64,000 nucleotides of DNA, from contig JADGQO010000076.1 of assembly GCA_017881725.1 (NCBI GenBank), forward strand, positions 6,190 through 70,189. Direction: 5' to 3'. The DNA comes from Fibrobacteria bacterium. GTDB lineage: Bacteria; Fibrobacterota; Fibrobacteria; UBA11236. The notes under the pieces were generated by a model, which searched no databases, had not been told where the DNA came from, and was given only the letters and a program-made list of their open reading frames with translations. A program made the translations under genes and the position numbers. Of the stretch, positions 10,413 through 19,139 are shown in pieces (position 1 is the first letter of the stretch; each line of letters begins with the position of its first letter).

Positions 10413-11420
10413 ATGAGCCCCATGAACCCAGCCAATAACCCAGCGGCGCTATCCCCGGAACTTCGATTCAGCCCTGCGCCGGAGTTCACGAAAAATGTCG
10501 GCCCCATATTCGGGGAAGGAAAATCCATCGCCAAGGTGGTGAAATACGTCGGGCTGGCGGCAGCCCATCAATCCATCGTACTGCTCCTAGGGGAAACGGG
10601 GACGGGAAAAGGCGTCATCGCGAAGTGGATCCATGAGAACAGCGATTGCAAATCGGAGCCGTTCGTTGAATTGAATTGCTCAAACTTGAAAGGCTCGCTA
10701 ATGCAAAGCGAACTGTTCGGCCATGCGAAAGGGGCTTTTACATCCGCGGTCAACGACCGGGAAGGCCTCATTGAAATGGCTGATGGGGGAACGCTTTTCC
10801 TGGACGAAATTGGCGACATGGACTTGGCGGCCCAGGCCCAGTTGTTGAAAACCATCGAAGATAAATCATTCCGGCGTGTCGGCGAAAGCAAGCTCCGAAA
10901 AAGCAATTTCCGCCTGATATGCGCGACCAACCATGACTTGGCCCAGGAAAGCCGGGAAAAGAAATTCCGGGCCGATCTTTTCTATCGCATCAATGTCTTC
11001 CCCATCACGGTGCCGCCCCTCCGCGAAAGGTCGGAGGACATGCAAGATCTCGCCTACTATTTTTTAAAAATGTTCAACTATAGGCAATTTCCGCTCTCTG
11101 ACGAAATCATCGAAATGCTGAAGGCTTATACTTGGCCGGGAAACGTCAGGGAATTGAGAAACGTGCTGGAACGCGCCTGTTTGCTGGCGCAGGGAGAACC
11201 CTTGGACCGCCATCATTTCCCGGAGTTAAGCGAACCCACCGCTGAGGAATCTTTCGATCAGGAAACCGACAATCTTGAATTGGTTGAGAATCGCCATATT
11301 TTGAAAACGATGAAGAAGTATCACGGTGACAAAAGAAAATCCAGCCAAGCCTTGGGGATGTCTTTTTCCAATTTGTACCGCAGGTTAAGCAAGATAGAAG
11401 TTCCGGAAATGTCATTGTAG
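10413..11420 (+). CDS. sigma-54-dependent transcriptional activator (AAA+ EBP + C-terminal Fis-type HTH) lacking any N-terminal receiver/sensor domain
   Basis: Track start 10356 is TTG; first ATG is 10413. Walker A 'GETGTGKGV', GAFTGA-like 'GHAKGAFTSA', 'GGTLFLDEIGDM', arginine finger region and C-terminal HTH are present. Only ~45 aa precede the AAA+ core. Confidence 0.8.
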   Translation: MSPMNPANNPAALSPELRFSPAPEFTKNVGPIFGEGKSIAKVVKYVGLAAAHQSIVLLLGETGTGKGVIAKWIHENSDCKSEPFVELNCSNLKGSLMQSELFGHAKGAFTSAVNDREGLIEMADGGTLFLDEIGDMDLAAQAQLLKTIEDKSFRRVGESKLRKSNFRLICATNHDLAQESREKKFRADLFYRINVFPITVPPLRERSEDMQDLAYYFLKMFNYRQFPLSDEIIEMLKAYTWPGNVRELRNVLERACLLAQGEPLDRHHFPELSEPTAEESFDQETDNLELVENRHILKTMKKYHGDKRKSSQALGMSFSNLYRRLSKIEVPEMSL

Positions 11421-12686
11421 AAACTTAAGGTAAGTCGACAGATTCACGTCTTTCCCCGAAATTTTGAGCTTCTTCCGGATATTATTCCTATGCGTTTCCA
11501 CGGTCCGGGTGGATATGAAAAGGGCCTCCGATATTTCCTTAGATCCGAACCCGTTTTTAATCATGTTGCAAACGTCGATTTCCTTTTGGGTAAGGCTGAG
11601 CATTTGGGATGAAAGATTACTCCCGAAACTAGAAGTGATTTCCTTAAGATTTTCTTCCAGAAGAGTGATATAGCGCGCGGGAATCTCGCCGCCCATGCCT
11701 TTGATTTTTTCAATGACCGGACTCATTAGATTTTGGACGTTGGCTTGCACTTGACTTTGCAGCCTGGTTTTTTCGTCGCGATTCTGGTCCATGATTTCAC
11801 GTAGGGCCGCGTTCTTTTGCACCAGGAGGAGGTTTTGCTCCGTGAGCTTCTCCTCGCTTTCCCGCAAGACATTTTCCGCTTTTCGCCTTTCGGTGATATC
11901 CCGGATATTGCATTGTACGACCTTGGTGCCGTCGACAAGATAAATGTTGCTGACGAACTCAAAATCAATCAGACGACCATCTTTGCATTTGATGGGCAGA
12001 TTATCGTAATGGATATACCCTTTTTGTTGCAAGGTTTTGAAACGCGCTTTGCTCACATCGATGTCCTTGGGCGCGCCGATCTCCCAAATCTTTTTACCGA
12101 TCAGCTCCGCCTCCGTGTAACCCAGCATTTCCAACAGATAGGGATTCACGGTGCTTATCCGTCCGGTTTTAGCGTCGAGAAGCAAGATTCCGTCCCGCGC
12201 GGCTTCAAACAACCTTCGGTATCGGTTTTCCGATTCCCGTAAGGCATGGTCCGCTTGCTTATTTTCCGTTACATCCTTTCCGATGCAAACCAATCCAATT
12301 ATTCGCCCCCCGGTATTCCGCATCGGCAAATAGGTCAATTGCAAAAATACGGGTCGCCCGAGCTTATGCCGTCCTTCCCATTCCACGGAAAGCGAAACAC
12401 CTTGCTTTATGATTTCCAGCTGGGCGTCACCGTCTTTTCGCTTATGCTTGGGCTGGCTCAATTTTGTGAAATGCTCGCCTAACATTTCTCCGGATAAGTA
12501 GCCGAAAGTTCCCCGTGCGCCTTGATTCCAGTAGGAAACCTTCCCAAGTAAATCCGTTGCGAATACACAATTCCCGATATTATCGAGGATGGTGGAGTGA
12601 AACCGCCTATCGATCGATATTTCATTCCGCTCGCCGGGCAAATATTTTTTTTCACCGCCACTACCCAATCGACGCATTTTCGCCAT
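11412..12686 (-). CDS. PAS/PAC sensor - LuxR-family HTH transcriptional regulator
   Basis: Two PAS blocks (…FATDLLGKVSYWN…; …LLLDAKTGRISTVNPY…). C-terminal 'SKEISEALFISTRTVETHRNNIRKKL' is a LuxR/GerE HTH. Confidence 0.75.
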   Translation of the reverse strand: MAKMRRLGSGGEKKYLPGERNEISIDRRFHSTILDNIGNCVFATDLLGKVSYWNQGARGTFGYLSGEMLGEHFTKLSQPKHKRKDGDAQLEIIKQGVSLSVEWEGRHKLGRPVFLQLTYLPMRNTGGRIIGLVCIGKDVTENKQADHALRESENRYRRLFEAARDGILLLDAKTGRISTVNPYLLEMLGYTEAELIGKKIWEIGAPKDIDVSKARFKTLQQKGYIHYDNLPIKCKDGRLIDFEFVSNIYLVDGTKVVQCNIRDITERRKAENVLRESEEKLTEQNLLLVQKNAALREIMDQNRDEKTRLQSQVQANVQNLMSPVIEKIKGMGGEIPARYITLLEENLKEITSSFGSNLSSQMLSLTQKEIDVCNMIKNGFGSKEISEALFISTRTVETHRNNIRKKLKISGKDVNLSTYLKFLQ

Positions 12687-13034
12687 GGACTTTTTCTGAG
12701 TTGAAAAGGGCGGTGGAATGATACTTGAGTGAGGAGGAAAACCGGTCTCTTTTTGAATATTCGCAATTCCTACGGATAAGAATTAATACTCAGAACCGTT
12801 CAAATTAAACTACCGTTCTGTTGTGAAGTAGGTAAGAAGCAATTCCCATTCCAATCAAGACGGTTCCGATTTTCGGTTCGTACTGCAATTGCAAATTCCT
12901 TTCGGCCCGGGTTTTCGAGTCCTCGGTGGATAATCTGAGGTAAATTGAGGCCATTCGACCGGTACTACTTAGAATCGCTAAGTAATAAATACGTTGCGAA
13001 CTCGTATCATGGCTAAAGGTTTAAGCGTTAAAAT

Positions 13035-14654
13035 ATGGACATGAATAAAAATTCCATGTACTCACTAGGTTTTATTCTGATGTTCTCCAAATGTATTTTG
13101 GCCAACACCTACTTTATCGACTATACAGACGGCCTCGATGCGAATCCAGGCACGTCAAAGACATCTCCATGGAAAAAATGCCCAGGGATGAATGGCTTTA
13201 ATTCGGCCTATACGCATGCACCGGGGGATGTTTTCATTTTTAAGGGTGGAGTGGTCTGGCCTGCCGAAGCCCTGCCCCTGATCATCGCGGCGAGCGGTAC
13301 AGCCGGAAACGTGGACACCTATACGACCGACCATACCTGGGAAGCCGGATCGATTTGGTCGCAGCCGACCCTGGACGGGCAATTGGGGGGTAAAACCATG
13401 CTCTCGTCATCAGGCGCCTCGTTTTTCAAGATCAATGATATGCGGTTTATCAATGCTGGAACCGTGGCGGCCAACGGCATCAAAGGCGCGGAGTTTTCCA
13501 ATTGCAGCAATTTCGAAATCTCGAACAACACCTTCGCGTTCGAAAGCTGGGGCTGCCTGTATATTTGGACCTCCGAGGCCAAGACCTTCCATGACTATTC
13601 AATCCATAACAACGACATTTCGAAATCCGCCTTCGGAATCAGAGTGGTCCCCAGCGGGGCCGCCTCCATTATCCAGAACGTGCAGATATTCAATAATTCC
13701 CTGCACGATTTTCACTCACAATTATCCGGAGAAGTCCATGGCGATGGCATCCAAAATTATTGTTCGCCGGACAATGCGGCCTCCAGCGACCGTTATATAG
13801 ATGGCTTCAAAATATTCAACAACAGCTTCACGGGGGATTTTTCACAAGTTACCGGAAGCACCGGGGCAATGACCGCTTTGATATACCTGAGCAGTTCCTC
13901 CAAGGGCGTGGAAATTTACAACAACCTGTTCGCGCCATCATTCTCAGGTAAGCAAAGCCCTAATTTTTTTGAATCCTTTATTTCCTTGCGCGATAATCCC
14001 AACCGCGGCGGCTTTCACAAAATTTATGACAACACTTTCGCGACACCCGTAGCCGATGGCCAGGGCGCGGCAATCCTGGAGGACGATACCCTTCATCCTT
14101 CGCCCAATCTCGACGTAAAAAACAATATCTTCAACGGATTCCAGTGGCCGTTCGACCTCCGGTCCACCAATCATGTTTTTGACCACAATGATGTGCACTT
14201 CACCAAGAACGTCGGGAAATGGAACGGGAAATGGGTGGAAACATTTTCCGCCTGGCAAGCCCTAGGGAATGACGTGCATGGAATCAGCGCGGATCCACTA
14301 TTCGTCTCCGGCACTAATTTTCACCTCCATCCCGGGTCCCCTTGCGTGGATCACGGCGCGAACCTAGGCTCAACCTTTGCAATTGATCGGGATGGGACGC
14401 TTCGGCCGCAGGGCCAGACCTTCGACCTGGGCGCGTTTGAAACAATTGGACAAGCGACCGGAGTTCAAACGGATAAAAATCCAAGCCTCCAGCCAAAAGC
14501 CGCCTTGATTCCAGGAGCAAACTCCCGGTTTTTTGATCTCAATGGGAGGACGATAAATGCCGGAAAAGGACACCCGGGAACAGGTTCCATTCCAATAGTC
14601 GTCATGCCCGATGGAAAAAGTCCGGTTGGAGCGCAAGTTGAAACCGGAAAATAA
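13035..14654 (+). CDS. secreted right-handed parallel beta-helix repeat protein (pectate-lyase-fold; candidate glycan lyase/epimerase/hydrolase)
   Basis: N-terminal signal peptide. Repeated 'NN.I......G' beta-helix rungs. The N-terminal ~70 aa are paralogous to the 35001-36320 product. Confidence 0.65.
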   Translation: MDMNKNSMYSLGFILMFSKCILANTYFIDYTDGLDANPGTSKTSPWKKCPGMNGFNSAYTHAPGDVFIFKGGVVWPAEALPLIIAASGTAGNVDTYTTDHTWEAGSIWSQPTLDGQLGGKTMLSSSGASFFKINDMRFINAGTVAANGIKGAEFSNCSNFEISNNTFAFESWGCLYIWTSEAKTFHDYSIHNNDISKSAFGIRVVPSGAASIIQNVQIFNNSLHDFHSQLSGEVHGDGIQNYCSPDNAASSDRYIDGFKIFNNSFTGDFSQVTGSTGAMTALIYLSSSSKGVEIYNNLFAPSFSGKQSPNFFESFISLRDNPNRGGFHKIYDNTFATPVADGQGAAILEDDTLHPSPNLDVKNNIFNGFQWPFDLRSTNHVFDHNDVHFTKNVGKWNGKWVETFSAWQALGNDVHGISADPLFVSGTNFHLHPGSPCVDHGANLGSTFAIDRDGTLRPQGQTFDLGAFETIGQATGVQTDKNPSLQPKAALIPGANSRFFDLNGRTINAGKGHPGTGSIPIVVMPDGKSPVGAQVETGK

Positions 14655-14723
14655 TTGAATCTTTCAAACCCGGGCCACCTTGGCCCGCCGGGCCGCCCCG
14701 CCCCGACCCAAGGGGCGCCGGGC

Positions 14724-14781
14724 CAAGGTGGCCTACAGATGGTGGCGAACTGATTCAGTTATTTCTAAACAGTCCCTTAGC
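14724..14781. repeat. truncated copy (right end only) of MITE-like element family 2, preceded by a 14-bp GC palindrome
   Basis: 'aaggtggcctacagatggtggcgaactgattcagttatttctaaacagtcccttagcg' is about 90% identical to 61119-61183. Upstream 'gggccaccttggccc…gggccaaggtggcc' (14672-14735) forms a long-loop hairpin. Confidence 0.5.
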
Positions 14782-17152
14782 GCACATAGTAGCTGGAATA
14801 CTTCTGGTAGGAACCTAGCGAATTCAATGAGGCCCTGTTCAGGACATATCCGAGTACCTTCCCGGATAATTGGTCGAACTCATTAATTCGATTCACCAAA
14901 TCCGCTACATTCGTTTTTCCATATCGAATCACGAATAGGTAATTTTCAAAATCCCCTTGGATCACCGCAGCATCGGAGACCGCCCCCAGCGGAGGCGTAT
15001 CGATAAGGACATAGTCCATATTACGAAGGCAAAATTGCTTGAACTCCGCCATACGCGGCGAGGATAGCAGCGCCCCTGGGTTATTAGCCTCCGGATTCGA
15101 AGGGATGACGAAAAGATTGGGGATCATTGTTTTGACTAGAAACCGGCGGCAATCGTCATCGGTAAGCGGACTATTTCCGGAAAGTAAGGTGGCGAATCCT
15201 CCGGAGTCCGGAAGCCTAAACGTCGTCTCAACGGTTCCACGGCGCAAATCCGCGTCAACCAAAAGCGTTCGGTGTCCGCGCATCGCGTAAGAAATCGCCA
15301 AGTTGGAACTGACCGTGGATTTTCCCGCGGCGTCCTCCAGGCTGGAAATGACGATGATCCTGTGCTTCGATTTCATCAGGTGTAAATTGATTTTCACTTG
15401 CAGCGAATCGAATATTTCACGGATGAAGGTTGGATGGGTGGGCACGTTAATCAGGGGCCGATATCCGGGTTTACCCGCCCAATGGCTTTCCACGAGTTGG
15501 TGAAAAGTCGGCACGGATTCAAGCACCTGGCGCCCTGTGATTCGCTCCAATTGGCGGGAGGAGCGGACTGATTTGTCGAACGAATCATACCCAACCACGG
15601 GACCGAAACTGACCAGAATGGATAGAAGGGCGAATAGGAAAAAAAGTTGGGTGTTGTCGGCGGGAGGCGGCAATGGCGCCACGGCGTAGTCCATGACGTA
15701 GAAATCCGTGATGGCAACCGCATCTTCGACTTTAGCCTTGTTATAGCTGCTGAGAACCGCGGAGTAGATGTCCGAAAAAATTTGTTGCTTGCGCTGCAAT
15801 TCGCCGAGTGCCATCTCCAATGCCGGCAAGCGCCCCAGTTTTGTGGAGAGTTGCTCCACGCTCTGGTTTTTTTGGGAAATCTCAGCTTTCCCTTTTTGGA
15901 TGAAATCGTCCAATGATTTTCTAATCGAGCTGATCGCCTTGCTGATATTGCGGTTGTTTTCCAGGACCATCGGATGTTCTTGGCCATACGATTCGTTGAG
16001 CTTACTCTGGATGACCATCAGGCGATCCAACTCCTCCTTCAATGCCTTTCCATCAGGTACGGAATGCGCCATCAGAAAATCCGCGACAACCCGCGCAATC
16101 CTTATGAGTTGACTCGAATCCGCATTTTGAAAATCCTTCCTAAAGGTGTCGGCATAGGCGTTATCCGAAGCCCGTCCTTGGATGCCGTTATCCAGCCGCG
16201 CAAGATTGCTCACCGTCTGTTGGGTTTGTTGACTAAGGCCCACTTGCGGATTGAGGTGGCGGAAATCCCTGATTTTAGCGTCGGCGGCGGCGAGATTAGC
16301 TTGGGATAGGGTCAATTGGCTGTCCAACGACCCGACTATTCCCCGGGCGCGTTGCTGGCGATAGCTGAAGTTTTTATCGATGAAACCATCGGCAATCGTA
16401 TTGGCTGTGGCCGCGGCCAAAGCATAGTCACGGCTTTCCAGGAGCACGGTGATATAGTTGATGCCTTTGTCGGGGTCTGCGCGTTTTATCGTCAAACTAT
16501 GGTAAACGTCCTCAACGGCCACGCGGATATCCACGACGGAGAAATTGAAATCCTTCGGACGCGCACGCAAGGACCGGCTGAATTTTAAATTTATTCCCGG
16601 CATATGGATAAGTGAATCAGTCTTCCAATTACCGACCACCAGATTATTGAATTTCGTGCCCGGAAGAATTCCGACCAAAGGAACGGAAATTGCGCTCGTG
16701 TCATAATACAGGATGTAATATTCGCCTTGTTTTTTAGGGCTAAAATGAACGGAATACGTGCCGCAGGCTACCGCGGTATCAAGCTTCACCCAATCGAAAA
16801 ACGCTTCCCGAGCATATGGCTTAGTCCATAGTTGCAAGGATTGTTTTTGGACCACATCTTTCAAAAAGGTGCGGCTCATCATGATATCCTCGCGACCAAG
16901 GTTAGAGGCGGCCCCCACCTTCAAGCCGGAAACATCCGTAGGCTTTTCCAATCCGATCAGCGCCCGCGCGGACAATTTCGGGTTTTCGGGATGCATGATT
17001 AAAAAAATGTATGCGACTGCGGCTACCAATGTGAGCGGTCCCGAAAGGATCAAGTACCATTTGGCTCTTCCAAATAGGTGACGATAATGTTCGCCATCCC
17101 GAATAGGCGACCTGGGGAGGGTTTTAGTCTGGTGAGTAACGCTGGAAATCAT
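14777..17152 (-). CDS. wzc: polysaccharide co-polymerase / BY-kinase (Wzc/GumC-like chain-length determinant with C-terminal tyrosine autokinase)
   Basis: C-terminal Walker A 'ISSLEDAAGKSTVSSNLAISYA' and 'LLVDADLRRG'. The N-terminal periplasmic Wzz-like region has two TM segments. Preferred start is ATG 17152 (MISSV…), which overlaps the wza stop as ATGA. The track's 17260 start overlaps wza by 112 nt. Confidence 0.75.
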   Translation of the reverse strand: MISSVTHQTKTLPRSPIRDGEHYRHLFGRAKWYLILSGPLTLVAAVAYIFLIMHPENPKLSARALIGLEKPTDVSGLKVGAASNLGREDIMMSRTFLKDVVQKQSLQLWTKPYAREAFFDWVKLDTAVACGTYSVHFSPKKQGEYYILYYDTSAISVPLVGILPGTKFNNLVVGNWKTDSLIHMPGINLKFSRSLRARPKDFNFSVVDIRVAVEDVYHSLTIKRADPDKGINYITVLLESRDYALAAATANTIADGFIDKNFSYRQQRARGIVGSLDSQLTLSQANLAAADAKIRDFRHLNPQVGLSQQTQQTVSNLARLDNGIQGRASDNAYADTFRKDFQNADSSQLIRIARVVADFLMAHSVPDGKALKEELDRLMVIQSKLNESYGQEHPMVLENNRNISKAISSIRKSLDDFIQKGKAEISQKNQSVEQLSTKLGRLPALEMALGELQRKQQIFSDIYSAVLSSYNKAKVEDAVAITDFYVMDYAVAPLPPPADNTQLFFLFALLSILVSFGPVVGYDSFDKSVRSSRQLERITGRQVLESVPTFHQLVESHWAGKPGYRPLINVPTHPTFIREIFDSLQVKINLHLMKSKHRIIVISSLEDAAGKSTVSSNLAISYAMRGHRTLLVDADLRRGTVETTFRLPDSGGFATLLSGNSPLTDDDCRRFLVKTMIPNLFVIPSNPEANNPGALLSSPRMAEFKQFCLRNMDYVLIDTPPLGAVSDAAVIQGDFENYLFVIRYGKTNVADLVNRINEFDQLSGKVLGYVLNRASLNSLGSYQKYSSYYVR

Positions 17153-17850
17153 TTTCTGAGAACCATTAAGGTGATAACCAAGGTGCCTGTAGCCAGAGCG
17201 GTGGACAAAATCAAACTGATAACCTGCAATCGATCCCTTTGAGTCAGTATGGTGACGCAAACCTGGTCGCCCGACTTGAAGCCCAGATCCATCAGCGATT
17301 TATTCCCTTCCACCTCAGCGGTCAGATCGCGGGATAATACTTTGCCGTCGCGCTCCCAACGCAAAAGCCTCAAGCCGTCGTCCCGTACCGGTCCGTCCGC
17401 AGTACTCAGGGCGTCAGAAAATGAATTCATGGGGTTTACCTTATGCATCCCGGGTTTCAGAAAACCGCCAAAAAAGGAAAGTCGAATAATCGGTTCAACC
17501 TGGATGTTCGGATATGCCAGGAATTTCGCGTAACTTTTGGTGAGATTCGCGGCTAGATCCGTGATGGAAAGCGAGGTGACTTGAACCAATCCCAGGATAG
17601 GCAGCAGAGCGTACCCATTTTCCAAAATCGGATAATCACCGGAAATGAACATGGCCGTGTCCGGGAATGCCTTGATCCTCACCAAGTCTCCCGGACCGAC
17701 ACATTTGGACATCGGAAGGTTTAGCAAGTATTGGGATGCGCTTTTAGATTCCTGAGGCGCCTTTCCCATTTCGGCGCTCCCAGAATTCTCATTCGCGGAA
17801 ACCCCGGATGTAATAAGTAGCGTCATGAACAAAAGGGACGGGAAAAGCAT
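17149..17850 (-). CDS. wza: polysaccharide export outer-membrane protein (Wza family: Poly_export + SLBB)
   Basis: The signal peptide begins at ATG 17850 (MLFPSLLFMTLLITSG). 'VGPGDLVRIKAF…ISGDYPILENG' is Poly_export-like, followed by an SLBB repeat. Confidence 0.75.
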   Translation of the reverse strand: MLFPSLLFMTLLITSGVSANENSGSAEMGKAPQESKSASQYLLNLPMSKCVGPGDLVRIKAFPDTAMFISGDYPILENGYALLPILGLVQVTSLSITDLAANLTKSYAKFLAYPNIQVEPIIRLSFFGGFLKPGMHKVNPMNSFSDALSTADGPVRDDGLRLLRWERDGKVLSRDLTAEVEGNKSLMDLGFKSGDQVCVTILTQRDRLQVISLILSTALATGTLVITLMVLRK

Positions 17851-18041
17851 CCTGCCCTGATTGTTGCGGTGAAGCGCTCGCTGCGGACGGTAATCGATTG
17901 AATTTGTTTTCATTGCTTTAATGATTGAGCAACAAACGATCCAAACGAATTGCGCCTGTATGAGGGTGATTGGCAAGAAAACTCCTTTTTTTCCAAAATT
18001 GAGAATTCATTTCTTAATATTGACCGATGCTAAATTCAGAA

Positions 18042-19139
18042 TCATATGACGGAGGATTTCAATAACGATTTCCCTACGGAAAATTTAATCCGCTTATTTT
18101 CGTACATATCCTTATCGGCGCGATCAATCAAACCGGTAATGGTGTCGCCTCCGCGAAAATTGTAACGTGAGGCGCCTACGCTTATTGACAAGGCGTGTTC
18201 TTCCTTCAGCATATGGTTTCTCAATTCCACTATCGAGCAAAGCCTTTCCAAAAACAATTCATGCGAATTTTTCTCGTTTTCCATCGTCATCACCGTGAAT
18301 TCATCACCGCCGATCCGGGCTATCAAATCGGATTCCTGGAAAGCGCTTTTCAAAACTTGGGCTAGGCTGACCAACATATCGTCGCCCTTATGATGACCCA
18401 AGGAGTCATTCACATGTTTAAGCCCATCGACATCGATGAAAAAAACCAGGACGGCATGATTCATTCTGGAAGCCACGCGAAGCTGCTGTTCCGCCAACTC
18501 CATGAACCCGCGTCGATTGTACAGACTCGTCAATTCATCGACAATCGAATAACGCCGGTTTTCCATGGAAATGGAACGGTTTATATCCTCCTCGTATTTA
18601 CGCCAAGTGATATCCAAAAGAAATCCGGACTGGCGAATGGTTTCCCCGGTGACGCCCAAATGTACCGTAGTCATGTTCAATACCCATCTGACCGACCCGT
18701 CCTTATGGACAATCCTGTGCTCGATGGACTTGCAATATAACGGTTGGTTGAGGCCATGAATGAAATCCAATACCCGATCGAGGTCCTCCGGGTGGATCAT
18801 TTGCATCCATAAATATTGGTTCTTGGCGTAGTCCTCTGGGGAGTATCCGGTTATTTCTTCGCAATGCGGGCTATGGAAATTATTGGATATTTTCCCTTTG
18901 GAAAATTCCAGGCTGTAGAGGTATTCAGGGACTTCGTTGACCAGGGTTCTGAACCTGTCTTCATCGAATTGAACTCTGGAATTGGAATCAATATTTTCCC
19001 GGATTTTCAAATCCTGAATAATCCTGCGTAACTCCTTTACTTCCGCTTCCAATTTGATAATTGACTTTTCATTTTCTTCCACTAAATCCCCGTATTTCTT
19101 CATATCAATGGATGATTCATCGAGTGACGAATATTTCAT
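18042..19139 (-). CDS. PAS-GGDEF diguanylate cyclase with N-terminal coiled coil
   Basis: 'RIGGDEFTVM' active-site motif. A PAS block precedes it. An alternative start ATG at 19103 would remove the 23-nt overlap with the upstream gene. Local GC is about 43% against ~57% elsewhere in the window. Confidence 0.8.
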   Translation of the reverse strand: MKYSSLDESSIDMKKYGDLVEENEKSIIKLEAEVKELRRIIQDLKIRENIDSNSRVQFDEDRFRTLVNEVPEYLYSLEFSKGKISNNFHSPHCEEITGYSPEDYAKNQYLWMQMIHPEDLDRVLDFIHGLNQPLYCKSIEHRIVHKDGSVRWVLNMTTVHLGVTGETIRQSGFLLDITWRKYEEDINRSISMENRRYSIVDELTSLYNRRGFMELAEQQLRVASRMNHAVLVFFIDVDGLKHVNDSLGHHKGDDMLVSLAQVLKSAFQESDLIARIGGDEFTVMTMENEKNSHELFLERLCSIVELRNHMLKEEHALSISVGASRYNFRGGDTITGLIDRADKDMYENKRIKFSVGKSLLKSSVI

